Of a DNA stretch of 64,000 nucleotides, positions 14,843-28,285 are shown in pieces. This stretch comes from Eledone cirrhosa. Its lineage: Eukaryota. The position numbers were made by a program, and so were the translations under genes. Every line of letters starts with the position of its first letter. Position 1 is the stretch's first letter. The stretch is from NCBI GenBank assembly GCA_964016885.1, contig OZ024742.1, positions 334,180,001-334,244,000 of the forward strand. Direction: 5' to 3'. The notes beneath the pieces were generated by a model. The model had not been told where the DNA came from. It searched no databases and saw nothing but the letters and a program-made list of their open reading frames with translations.

Positions 14843-14894
<52 letters not shown>

Positions 14895-14958
14895 GTAGGA
14901 GGTGAGTTTTATTGTAGTACAATAAAGCAATGCAGATATCGGATAAGAAGCACTCTAC

Positions 14959-15122
14959 AATATGTTGATTAAAAACTGCACTATCAACAAGTGTTTTTTT
15001 AGCCTTCATATCATGTTCTCCTGTTTTATCTGATGAAAACACAAATATTATTGCTTGATGATGTTTGTTTTTGAAATGCGCATAATAAAATATATGGAAC
15101 TCCTTTAACCATCGTTTGATCT

Positions 15123-15130
<8 letters not shown>
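14959..15130 (+). mobile_element. 3' pLTR fragment of a Penelope-like element, abutting (AT)n
   Basis: Close match to 47322-47490, the 3' end of a GIY-YIG-bearing PLE. Carries an HHR. Confidence 0.8.
15024..15090 (+). ncRNA. Minimal type-I hammerhead ribozyme
   Basis: TTTTAT-CTGATGA-helix II (AAACACAAATAT...ATGTTTGTTTT)-GAAA-TGCGCA-TA-ATAAAA. Helix III region ATGCGCAT is palindromic. Confidence 0.8.
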
Positions 15131-15167
<37 letters not shown>

Positions 15168-15866
15168 GTGATATATAAATACATCATTTTCATATAAATA
15201 GCTCTTCTACAGATGTTTCTTGATTATTATGCACACACTAACTTCGAAATTACTCTTAGCTCATCTAAAGTAACCACACGAGAGTTAGCATATGAATCTT
15301 TATTTGCTCACACGACTTACTGGAAATAGCACCCACATTTTTATCGGATAATGTTTTGCTATCTTAAATCGTGAAGGATACATTATACATCCCTATATAC
15401 CATCTAAATATATGGAATGGTCACAGCCGGATTGCCTCTGTTTATGGCAGATTCATTACAGCCTTGATCGAAATAATTGCTGATATTTGTTTCAGTCTTT
15501 ACGTTCAGAGTTCAGATGATACTGGAGACAACCTTTCACCTTGCCGGAGTCTATAATGTAAACTAGCAATCAGCTACTGGGGTTGATTTAATTGACATTC
15601 CCCTGATCTCAAATATCTGGGTATGGGCTTATATTAAGAACCATATATGCATGAAACAATTTAAATAAGAGTTAAACAACTACAATAAAATGCATATACA
15701 AAGTCCATAGTGGATTTTTCATTCATATCAGTCATAAAACGAGGTCATACGTGGGCATTACATTCGGTTTGAAGATTATATCAACCCTAGGACTGATTTT
15801 CGTCATGTCTGGTACTTAAGTGTCGATTCTCTTTTCTTGAACGTCTACTTTCCTGTTCATAAAAAT

Positions 15867-15973
<107 letters not shown>

Positions 15974-18551
15974 CACACACATACATACCTAAATACATAC
16001 ATACATATACGACGGGTTACTGCAATTCCCATCTACCAATTTCGACTCACAAATCTTTGGACGATCAGGTTTGTAGTAGACTTAAGGTAGAACTATGTGG
16101 TTGCCTAGCGAAATCCTATACCTGCGTGTGTTTTTTGTTATTATTCTGTGTATTGCTTTCCTGAAAATGTCTTCGACCTTGACTTCTGACACTGACCATT
16201 CCATAAATGTCCCATGAGAATCACTCCAGCTGAAGACTGACACTACTAGCTGATTAATTGTGATGATAGATGACGCTAGACGCCAGCAGAGACATTCTTC
16301 ACAGCTGACTTAATGTTATTAACACCACCGTCCGTAATGAATGGACTGTTAAATATGTTGACACTGCAAGAATGTCGTGTTTAATTTTATTTGTTGATCC
16401 TACAAGAGGAATATCTGAATATATCCTTAAACGATATACGATGCTGGATAAAGAAAATATCCTATAATCATATTTTTGTGTATGAGGATGGAGTGTTTAA
16501 TATCATTTGGACTTCTTTCCAGAGGACGGGACTAAAGCATTCCTGGAACTAAGTTACTTAAACATAGAGTAATTGAGATCTGTATGAAGACATATATAAT
16601 ATGTCTAGTATAGTAAACATACATATGTCTGACTATGAATGAATGTGTTAATCTATGTTCATATCGAGGTTGTCTCAGTAACCGTTTAAGAACAAGAGAC
16701 ACCAATATTTCAGGATATTTTATCTATCGTCAGGGATATTTAAGCAGGTGGTACTGAGATTAAATTAAACTATGGCTGAGATACTTTATACATATAAAAT
16801 AACTACAGGTGAAGTTCATTTGCATACAGTCCTTATTTGACATGGGTTGGATTAAATAGTAGTATAGAGGCATTCATATTAGAAGTCTATATGAAGGAAT
16901 GTACGATACGTTTATGTATAATAACCATATATATATTTTCACACACGGATTTTTGGGAGCTGAAAAATATTCTCCAAAACGGTAGTGAATAACAGCCTAT
17001 AATTAAGCCTTTTAGTGGTGGCACAATGTGCAAAATAATTGTTTTCAAATATCCACTTATTGCCTTTAAAAGGGAACATTTTGGATAAAGTGTTGTTAGA
17101 TCAATGCCATGAATGAGGCCACTTCAATTACCTCAATATTATCCTCGAGAAACGCATAAAATCTACAGGAAAATATTTCTGCACTTCTAGAACTAGAAAT
17201 ACAATGTGAATGGAAAAAAATAATGCTTAATAGAATTTATAATGTCAGCGTATTTGATATATTGATGGTGTAATAGGGACATTTGTCGGTTTTTAACAAT
17301 GATCGATGATGTTCTATTTACGGTGCAGCTTTCTCCCGCAATTAGCGTGCAAGAAGCTAAATCTTTCACAAACACGTGTACACATAAGATCATTCTTATG
17401 GGGATTCAGTGATGCACAGAGTTTGATAAAAGTGACCCTTTGGCTTACATTCTATTCGACAGTCATCCAAACAGCGTCCATCTACCCAATTTCATTCACA
17501 AGATTTGACACGACTCTGGTGTATATCTATTACTTATCCAAAATAACATGTAATGAGATCAAACCAGGAAATATATTTATTAATTTATTTAGATAATAAA
17601 GTTCATCCTTCGTGTAAATCTAGTAAGCCACGAGAGATGGAGAAATGTATATATCTGTTATATATACAAAAAATAAAAATAAATGAAAATTAAGCAAAAA
17701 ATAAAGGCGAAAAAGTCAGATAAAGAAAATTAAATGTTTGTATTGCTAAATGTTGTTTATCCTCCACGAATTTGAAATCTTTATTGATGGTGTTCCTTGA
17801 AGTTATTGCACCTCCAGCCTTTGGAATCTTTTTAAGCTGTCCTATCTCTCAGATTGTCAATTTTTATTGGTAAATCTTATGATTTCGAATCGAACTTCTT
17901 AACAATTTGATCATGCTGTGTCCTATTGACGGTGTATTTAGAAAAACTACTTCAGAGATATTAAATATCAATATTTTTATTTTAAGAAGGAAATTTTATA
18001 TATAATGTTTTCATAATAATAGTAAAAACTTCCTGGTATACAAACAGAAGCAGCGTTCGCTTATTATTTTCTTGTTAGGAGTTTACTTTATTTTCTTCGT
18101 ACCGACATAAATGGATATCTGAAATGAAATATCCACTTCAAATTAATCGTTAAAATCTTACGAATGATTTGTTTCTATACGTACGTCAAAATTAAAGATA
18201 TATGAACAAAGTAATCATTTATTTATTTGTGTATTTCATCTCAGTTTTTAATATGTCTTAATACATTGTATAAAAATGTTACGCTACACCACGTTTTGAT
18301 ATAAGTATTAGCAGATATCCCGAAGATGCCCTGGTTTAGAAGCAGCTATATTTGTGTTAGAAATATGTGCTCTATATAAATTGTGGTGCTAACCTGCGAG
18401 AGAAATAAATTTACCATTCCTGAAAAACAAGCCTTGTTTCAACTGAAAAGGGAAAGATGCACAAGTCATTTGATATGACTCTCTACTAATTCCCACAATA
18501 CAATAAAGAAATATATTATTAGATTTGACGCTTGATATAGTAGGGAAAGAG

Positions 18552-18586
18552 TCTTAACGTTTCGGACGCTAGTCCTTCAACAGAAA
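18552..18586 (-). ncRNA. Degenerate minimal hammerhead motif (PLE pLTR type)
   Basis: Minus strand reads CTGTTGA-A-GGAC TAGC GTCC-GAAACGTTA. A6 is substituted and helix I is weak. Confidence 0.5.
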
Positions 18587-19530
18587 ATAGAAAGAGAAAT
18601 TAAAGAAGATTTATATATAGGAGGTTGGACCTTTAAGTTCCTAGGACTTAAATTTTTGTCAAATCATATTAACAACATTCTGTGTTGTCCAAAGTTTGAG
18701 CAACCATTAATAATATGTGCTGTGTATAGCTTATCTGGAACTCGGTTTTAAATAACGCCACTACACCTAAACGGTATCTATACAAATAAATTTATATAAA
18801 AACAAAATAAAGAAAATAAGGCTCTAACCCTCACATAAAATCATCACTAAATTCATCTCCTTGGTGGTTGTCTCTTAATCTCCTAGAAATACGACACACA
18901 TCTATCACAATTGCCACGTTTAAAAAAACAATAAGCAAATTCAGACACGCATATAAACACAGAGTTGGACGATCATTGATCATTCATATTTTGGCTTGAC
19001 TTGTTATGAAATAGCAACTAAACTTCCTCGAATTACGATGCCAATTCGCCATGGTATATGAGAAGACAATCTTTGAAATTGTTCCGTGTTTGAAAAGATT
19101 AAGAGAATGTTTTTGTGCATTTGTTACGTGTTTGCTTCTAGACTCATATTTTATATAAATATCCTTAGATATACCTATACTAAACTTATATTTTCTAATA
19201 TAAGGTGTGTTTTCCACATTTATTATGTATTTATACATGAGTAAAATGGGAGAATTATAGTAAAGCATTGGTTTACCGGAAGACAATGTAAAATATTCCA
19301 GACTTAGCGGACAAAATAATAAAAATTAAATTATAATTAACAGAGACAACCCTTACCAAACATACAAACACGTATAAATGTGCGCGTGTGTGTGTGTCTC
19401 TTAACGTTTGTGACACCAAAGTTTTCAGACCATTCACATTTGGAGTTTGTCCTTTCATGCCTTCATGTATATATATAACTTTCTTTTTATTTCCCACCAG
19501 ATATATATATATACATACATCTCTCTCTCT

Positions 19531-19568
<38 letters not shown>

Positions 19569-19571
19569 ATG

Positions 19572-19623
<52 letters not shown>

Positions 19624-19989
19624 CATAAGATTATTTGATGATACGGATTAGATAACTTACAAATTAAAATTGAAATGAACGATTATTCTACCAACATCTG
19701 TAATTTATTACATAATTATTAGTCAGAAAGCGTGATAAAATATATGATAAACCTTAATTGCAGGTACAGTCCATTAGGTTTCTCGTTTTTATCTGTCCAA
19801 TTTAATGGTAAGTTTGCATACGCCCGATGCTATGATAACATATTTGTTCAAATATGCCCCTCACGGGATCAAATCTGGAACCTCTTTGTTGTGAGGTGAA
19901 ATATTTTAACAACTAGGCGTATGTATATATATATATATATATATAAAGTGTGTGTGTGCGTGTGTGTCTGCGTGTGTGTATGTGTGTAA

Positions 19990-20152
19990 AACAAAGAAGG
20001 TGTGGTAAGATAGCAGGTGGAGCATAACGTACCAAAGTGCTCCATATTAAGGGTAGTAGAGTGGGTAACAGGAAAAGAGTCAGGACCCGACGGCTGAGCT
20101 CCGGGCGTTTCGACAGCTAGATCCAAGTTCGAAGTCCTGACTCTTTTCCTAT
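19990..20152 (-). mobile_element. Short HHR-3'-half element with fold-back end (family F), in microsatellite
   Basis: Homologous to 27820, 37621 and 47779. Inverted arms AGGAAAAGAGTCAGGAC / GTCCTGACTCTTTTCCT. Confidence 0.75.
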
Positions 20153-20154
20153 AA

Positions 20155-20210
<56 letters not shown>

Positions 20211-21064
20211 ATGTGCACGCGTGTGTATTCAAGACTGGCATTCTGAATTACAATTAAATCTCACTTATTTTCAGCTGATTTTTTTAGGGCAACGTCATAT
20301 AAAGTGTCTATATCAAGCAAAAACAGCGCCTCCAGCAATCGAACTCAAGATCTTAAGATTATGAGCCGAAGGGCCAAATGATTAAACCATATGTTCCCAC
20401 TATAATATGTACCAGTCTTATATGAATTGTATAAAATATTTAAAGTTTGCTCTCCAGCTTGGCCCCACTCTAATGATTGAGGCATCAAAACATAAGACAC
20501 AGTATGATTATGATATTATTATACGGTGTTGACATAAGATTTTAGAAGGACAACTGTTGTTGTGTGATCTCCGCTGCTTATAATAATGTATGTTGCAGGT
20601 CTTTGATCAATAAAATACATGTTCGTGGTTAAATGCAATTGGCTGAGCATTCCACATGTCTATTTATTCTTTACGTGATTTTCAACGTAGCACAGTGTGC
20701 AAAAAGGCTACCATTTTAAAATACAGATACAACCCATTTTGTTCATCTCAGTGAAGAGTTGCAAAGGGAAATGAAGTGTATTTCTCAAGGACACAAAACG
20801 TTGTCGGGAATCGAACTCACAATTGTATGATCCTTAGAAGCCACACTCGAATAACTAAGAGAGGTGACTAATATGAAGTTTGTTTGACACAATCGGAGCA
20901 GACAATTATGAACTGTGGTTGATATAATCGATTAAAACCTTCAATGTTTTGCGGGAGCATGGCCGTACACTGAGAACGAAATTGTCAAAACAATAAAAGA
21001 AGCACTAAGCTTAAGTAATTAATATATTTTGTGGATATAAGTATGTAGAGGGACCTATAACATG

Positions 21065-21423
21065 ATGTACTAGAATAATAATTGATTCTACTTTTGGCAC
21101 AAGGCCAGCAATTACACCAGTGCATTACTGATGCTTTATTTTATGGACTCCGTAAGGATTAAAGTCAAAGTTAACCTCGGCGGGATTTGAACTCAGACCG
21201 TAAAAGGCCATAACTATTTGCGGCAAAGCATGGTGTCCGACGCTCTATCGACACTGCCAATCCACCGCCTTTATGTACTAGAATAATAATTGTTTCTACT
21301 TTTGGCACTAGGCCAGCAATTATTCCAGAACATTGCTGGTACTTTATTTTATCGACCCCGTAAGTGTAAAAGGCATAGTGAACCTCGGCGGGATTTGAAC
21401 TCAAAATGTACTAGAATAATAAT
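21065..21423 (-). mobile_element. Two tandem family-A SINEs separated and flanked by ATGTACTAGAATAATAAT
   Basis: One full copy (~21080-21270) and one 5'-truncated copy (~21285-21403). The 18-mer occurs at 21065, 21273 and 21406. Confidence 0.85.
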
Positions 21424-22669
21424 ATAAACTATGTTGACATAATCGACATAAACATTTAAATGTGGTGCTCCAGCATGGCTGGACCATAATGAACGAAACC
21501 ATTAAAAGAATAAAAGACCAGAAAGTTTATGGAATTAAGATACGGCGCAAATATAAGATTTTAGAGTGACCAGTAAGGTGAAGTAAATAAAAAGCTGGAC
21601 ATAGCGATCGACGTAATTTATAATGGCAATCAAGTTTATATAAGGACTATTTGGAAGAGATATATTGTGGAGTGACCACTAAGGTAAAATGATTAATAAG
21701 TAGTTAGATAGAACTAATAACAGTCACCATAGTTATATTGGGAGAGAGTGAAGCAAGTGGGGAGTAACAGCGTTGTAATTGGTGACGCATAACAATTATA
21801 TACAGAAATATATGTACGCATATATGCATATATATATATATATGTTTGCATGTATATATATACAGACATACATATATATACATACATATAAGCTTATGTA
21901 TATACATATATATATGCATATATATATACATATAAATACATACACACACATGCATATATATATATATACAAATACAGAGAGAGAGAGAAATGCAGGGAGT
22001 GTTTGTGCATGTGAGAGAGAGAGAGAGAGAGAGAATGTGAGAATAGACATAAAAATGTATAGTGACCACGAAGGTGAAATTTATAAATTTTGGACATACA
22101 GAGAGTCGTAATTGATAACGGCCACCAAGTTTATATAATGAATAAGTAGACTGGACATAACTATAAACAGTGACCACTAAACTAAGACTGGACAATGCTT
22201 TAAACAGAGGAGACAAAACAAAACTAACCATTCAACATATATAGAAAATTAGTAGAATATCATAAAAGGTAAGAGATAATTTGTCCACTGAGGTTATATA
22301 AAGTATCGAACTAACCGTAAGAATCTAAAAATAAACTGATCATTTAAGTGGATCGAAGTAACTGGCTGACCAAAATGAATATGAAGAAAGCAATGACGGT
22401 TAAGGAAATATAGAGAAATGATGTGATGGAGTGACTAAGCTAGAGAACATGAAGAGAGTAAAATAGTTATTAGCTATATAGAGAAACTATTAAATAAAGA
22501 GGATGTAGGCAATATGGCTGAGTGGTTTTCATTAATTTTCGCTGCTTTAAAAAGCAACGAGAATGGCTGCCAGGAGGTAAAAACACTTCTAGAAAACAAA
22601 GGAAGAATATAGACAACAGAAGGAATAAAAATGCTAAAGAAAGATAAGAATGAAGAAGTGAAGAATAAA

Positions 22670-22682
22670 CACACTCTCACAC

Positions 22683-22779
<97 letters not shown>

Positions 22780-22971
22780 CACGCACACCACACACACGGA
22801 CACACACACATATATATATATACATATATATACATATACATAAACATAGATATATATTCATATATAAGTATAAATATATATATACATAAACACACACATA
22901 CACACACACACACCTATATATATATATAAACATAGATATATATTCATATATAAGTATAAATATATATATAA

Positions 22972-23004
<33 letters not shown>

Positions 23005-23054
23005 CATATATCTATTCATATATCTATGTACATACAAACACATACATATATATA

Positions 23055-23090
<36 letters not shown>

Positions 23091-23290
23091 TATATATAGA
23101 AAGAAAGGGAGAGGGGGGAAACAGCGAGATTCAAAGTATGAGTATGTATGCGTGTGGATGCGTGTGTATATGTGTGTGTGTGTGTATGTGTCTGTGTGTG
23201 TATGTGTATGTATGTGTGTGTGTATGTGTGTGTATGTGTGTGTATGCGTATGTGTGGGTGTATGTGTGTGTGTATCTGTGTATGTGTGTT
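22670..23290. repeat. Compound (CA)n/(AT)n/(GT)n microsatellite block
   Basis: Directly visible. Confidence 0.9.
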
Positions 23291-23649
23291 TGATGAAAAG
23301 ACAGAATTTCAAGAAGTAAAATAGTGGCAAATCAAAGAGAACAGAGTCCCATAGCCTGCAGATTAATTTTGTTGTAGAAGCAATAGAGGAGGTGAGTAAA
23401 ATTGGCATAGGAAGTAGGGGAGGGTGTAGGATGTTGTAGTATACTAAAAGTATATGATGAGTAACGTTGGCGTAGGGAATGGAGTAACATTTAAGTTGTT
23501 GGAGTAAATGTTGGATGAAATAGACTATGTACTGTATATAGAGCAGATATAAGACATGTGTAGACGAGGGAATACCTTGAGTAGTGTCTGAATGATTGAT
23601 TAAAATGTATTAAAATGTTATCTTATACATACACAATACATACATATCT

Positions 23650-23738
<89 letters not shown>

Positions 23739-23794
23739 TTTATACATATACAAATATATATATATATATATATACACATATGTAGGTCTGTGTG

Positions 23795-23838
23795 TGTGGG
23801 TGAATTTCGTATATTTAGATATACGAAATTCACCCACA
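23795..23838. repeat. Perfect 20-bp-arm hairpin
   Basis: TGTGGGTGAATTTCGTATAT-TTAG-ATATACGAAATTCACCCACA. Confidence 0.9.
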
Positions 23839-25962
23839 GATATATCGTATGTTTAATAAATACAGATCTTAAATTTATATATATATATATAGATATATAT
23901 ATGTGTGTGTGTTTTGTATTTCCACGGAAAGGTAACGTAGATATAACTATCGTTCTTTTAAGCAGAAGGCCTTGCTGTGAAACAATAATAAATATTACTC
24001 CTCTGTTAACAGAAAAACAACACTTTATTCTTTTACATGCAATTCATCAATTCTTGTCGATTCATTTGTGAATAACTTCGCCTATAATTCGTAATACGAA
24101 GGACTATTGCTATAGTAATACTATGTGCGCAATACAGAATAGAGAAAATAACTAGAATGAGCTGTTTAATTTGCATGATGTGCATACACTTGGTAACGTA
24201 GTTGAATAAGTAATAAATGTGTTTTTTCTTGAACTGTTAGACTTGCATGGCCGTGGGAAAAAGGTTTTATTGTGTTGTTGTTTAGAGTATGGTGTTTGCA
24301 GAGTGTTGTGGTTGTAGAACTTATGCAAGCATTATCTTAGAAAAATTTGAATTGTTATGACTATATGGCATGACAGTTTGGCACAACTAGGAGCCAAAGC
24401 TTGTTGTGTTGTAGTTGTGTCGTAGTTTGCTTGTAGAATTAGTATCTAGAATCCATTTGAATTTAGAACTTCAATGACTGTGAACCAAGTGTTGTAGTCT
24501 GCTGTGTTTATAGTACGTTATGTTCATGGTGTTTTTTAGCTGCCGTGTATTCAGCACGTAGTGTTTAATGGTTGTAGAAATTATGTCTGGAGTGTTTTTG
24601 AATGCGAATGTCTGTCGTTTGAAATATAGTCTAGAATATTTCAGTGTGTGATAACAGTATCGACCAGGTTTGTGCGCTGTACACATTCATCCGTAGTTCT
24701 CAAACATTCCCTAAAACATGGGTTTTATTTGAGACATGGCATAACTCCTCACAAATTCGAAATTAGGCAAAACAAAAAATATAAATTCCGATGGTATATT
24801 TGTATGGTAACTAAACTGATATGAGACCGTGGGTAGAAACTAAAGGATTTACATTTTGGAAGAGACATTTTAGCCGTTCAAATAACTGCTATTTATTATG
24901 ATTTCTTGGAGAGAATATTTTTAGTTGTAGAGATATTCTGTTAATGACTGTGTTGCAAATTGTCTAACCAAATGGGGGACACCACAAAATAAACCCAAAG
25001 TGAATTTATCAGTTTTTCTGTGTTATTTGAATGGTCGAAATGATTCTTGCACGATGAAGCATAAAAATTGATTGAAATCAGGAAATCGAATACTGGTGTA
25101 GGAACATACAACCTTATCAATACTTATGAAAAAATGGAGGATGTAATAGTTTACAATTTACGCAATTGAAGAGAAAAATAATTATACATGAATTCTATAA
25201 AGAGAATGGAATTAGTGTTGGGAAAATAAAGAGTGTAAGAGTAGATATTGCGTATAAACATATCCCAGTAATTAGTAACTGTTACCCTGTAATATACCGG
25301 AAATTAAGTGTAGTTAAGAAACTAATAGGAAAATTATCTCATTTATTACAGGATTTAGAATATATCACATTAACTTAAAGTAGAGTAGATATATTTACTA
25401 TATATCTAAGGAAGGGGCGTACTTACACAAATAAGTAATTATCTTAAGACAAATACAAAACGGAATACAATAACAATGAAAACAAATATAATGTTCTCCA
25501 GAGAAGGAAGCAACTGAGTGTAGCACGAAATACTTGAAATATAAATATATATCACAAGCTGAAAAATATCATCAACTATGCAGTAGGTTGTTCGTAGAAT
25601 CATTGCTATAGAAACGTTGTGTGTTCTGGCCACGTACAATCCCCTATACTCATTGAATAATAAGCTTCACAAGCTGAACTGGCTATTTCACTGCTTTGAC
25701 CTCACAAAACTTTGTACTAATACATTAGTTGTTATTTACCCCGAGTTGATGAAGGTAGGATGCACATCCTTCCAGATGAAGAGTTGTATGTAAGAATTGT
25801 ACAATAATTAGATGTCTTACGTATGTGAGAACCTATAATACCATGCCACACGTATGGTCTCTTAATTACAGCAAATGTAACTGAGTATGAGAAAATAAAA
25901 TATATCACGCAACAAACACTCACATCATAGTTAAAGGAAAGTGCTACAACAAGACTCTAAAT

Positions 25963-26225
25963 GAGGCATGCGCAATGTTTTTCGAGAAGCGGGCCACATG
26001 AAATATGGCTCATCATCAGGCGGGCCGCAAGCGCTAATTTACATAAAGATTGGTTGTTTTGATTTATTTCTTCAGAATTCGTACACGTTGTTTTCCTCGA
26101 TCGTAAAATGATAGAAAGATAAATTACGACTGAAAAGTTGTGGTAAAAAAATCAGAAAAATTTCACTTAGGTGACTTAGGCGAGCCATTCAGAATGCTTC
26201 GTGGGCCGCAGGTTGCCCATGACTG
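25963..26225. mobile_element. Non-autonomous hAT (Charlie-like) MITE
   Basis: TIRs GAGGCATGCGCAA ... TTGCCCATGACTG. TSD CTCTAAAT/CTCTACAT. Repeated GGGCCGCA subterminal motifs. Confidence 0.8.
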
Positions 26226-26649
26226 CTCTACATTGTCAGTATGTAGCAGGAGTGGGAAGAATGAGATGAATGTAATGTCATCTTATCACTGTTGGTCTCA
26301 CACTTGTGAAATATGTTTTCATTATTGTTGTATTATCCCTGACAGTGCAACTTCGAGCTTCGCGTTGAAAAAATGACCGAGTGCGAATCTCGAGGCCGCT
26401 GGTGAAGATGAAATCCGGCCTAAGATGTAAAAAGACATTTCTGGCTGACTCGTATGTGCTGGTTGGCCTGGAAAAGTTATTAGTATTTATTTTTTATAAG
26501 GTGGGTTGACCGAAAGACATGATTTGCGGCATATTGCGATGGTCCTTTACGTTCTGAGTTTAAAACCTGTTATCAAACGCTCTGTTGACAATGCTAATCC
26601 ACCGCCCTAATACATACATGAATAGTAATGCTACATATATATATATTTT

Positions 26650-26833
26650 GACAGTATCGGTAGAGGGTCGGACGCCATGCTTTGACGCATAGAATTACGG
26701 CCCTTGCCATTCTGAGATCAAATCCAGCCGAGGTTAACTTTGCCTTTCATCCTTACGGGGTCGATAAAATAAAGTACCAGTAATACACTGGTTATGTGCT
26801 GGCCTTGTGCCAAAAGTAGAAACAATTATTACT
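26650..26833 (+). mobile_element. tRNA-derived SINE (family A)
   Basis: CAGTATCGGTAGAG, GAGATCAAATCC B-box, core, GTAGAAACAATTATT tail. Confidence 0.85.
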
Positions 26834-26880
26834 ATTTATATATATATAGTAATAATTGTTTCTACATTTATATATTTAGT

Positions 26881-27214
26881 AATAATAATAAATTTTAAGA
26901 CTAAAATCCAAAGAGGGCTCGATAAGGATAAATATATATCAAATATATGAGAACCCTAGAGAAAATATTTAATAATAATAAATTTGAAGGCTAAAATCCA
27001 AAGAGGGCTCGATAAGGATAAATATATATCAAATATATGAGAACCCTAGAGAAAATATTTAATAATAATAAATTTGAAGACTAGAATCCAAAGAGGTCTC
27101 GATAAGGATAAATATATATCAAATATATGAGAACCCTAGAGAAATTATTTAATAATAATAAATTTGAAGGCTAAAATCCAAAGAGGGCTCGATAAGGATA
27201 AATATATATCAAAT
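26881..27214 (-). repeat. 90-bp tandem array (~3.7 units) equal to the reverse complement of the 3' tail of the 34515-36112 element
   Basis: Units start at 26881, 26971, 27061 and 27151 and match the reverse complement of ~36024-36112. Confidence 0.9.
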
Positions 27215-27256
27215 GCAGCGATTCTTTGCTTAAACTTTAATCTGTTATTTTAATAA

Positions 27257-27305
<49 letters not shown>

Positions 27306-27758
27306 CTAGCATAAGTATGCATCTGTGTATATATATGTTACTAGATATATTAATTCTTTATAATTATCTCCAAATTATTTTGTCGAGCAAAAATTGGCCA
27401 AAACTGCTACTATAGTAACAGTCCGGCCGCCGTCTTCTTAACAAACCACTCTCCACTGATTGACCTCGATGTCACGTGACTGATTCTTTTGAATTTGCCA
27501 CCGACGCAGTAGGCAGTGATTTTTTCAATGGCTTGGAATTTAGTCCACGCTTTGCTTTTTTCCATCCACTGAATTATTTTTGTATAAGTTCCCTGTGTCC
27601 ACGTATTTCCTAGAAACTTAGCTGAGAATAGACTTCCCTAATGACGAAAGGCTTCACCGTACGTTTCTTCGAAAACTATGTTTATTCCCTTTCAGAAACT
27701 AATTAGTTGGAGTGAAATTTTAGTAAGTAAGTTAATTTTATAATTTTCTTATTTTACG

Positions 27759-27819
<61 letters not shown>

Positions 27820-27820
<1 letters not shown>

Positions 27821-27960
27821 CGAAGGAAATGTGGTAAGGAACCAGGTGGACCATAACGCACCAAAGTACTCAATACTTAGGGTAGTAGAGTGGGTAATAG
27901 GAACAAGTAAGACCCCGACGGCTGAGCTCAAGCCGTTTCGACGGCTAATTCTGGACTCTC
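27820..27960 (-). mobile_element. Family F short element in (AT)n
   Basis: Nearly identical to 37621-37745. Minus strand has GAAACGGCT..AGCCGTC (HHR helix III and cleavage triplet). Confidence 0.75.
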
Positions 27961-27984
27961 TCTCTCTATATATATATAGTCAGG

Positions 27985-28285
27985 CTTATAATCGTGAGGT
28001 TGTGAGTTCTAGTGTTGGACCGGGCTTTATGTTGTGTTCTTGAGCAATACACTTTATTTCACGTTGCTCCAGTTTACTCATCTGTAGAAATGAGTTGCGA
28101 CGTTTCTAATGCCAAGCAGTATCGGCCTTTTGCCTTTCCCTTGGACAACATCAGTGGGGTGGAGAGGGGAGAATGGTATGCATGGGGGACTGCTGGTCTT
28201 CCATAAACAACCTTGCCCGGACTTGTGCCTCGGAGAGGAACTTTCTAGGTGCATATCCCATGGTCATTCGTGAACGAAGGGAATC
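27985..28285 (+). mobile_element. Second SINE family (CORE-like central domain)
   Basis: GTGAGTTCTA B-box-like motif, then TGTGTTCTTGAGCAATACACTTTATTTCACGTTGCTCCAG. Related fragments lie near 53645, 56455 and 56885. Confidence 0.65.
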
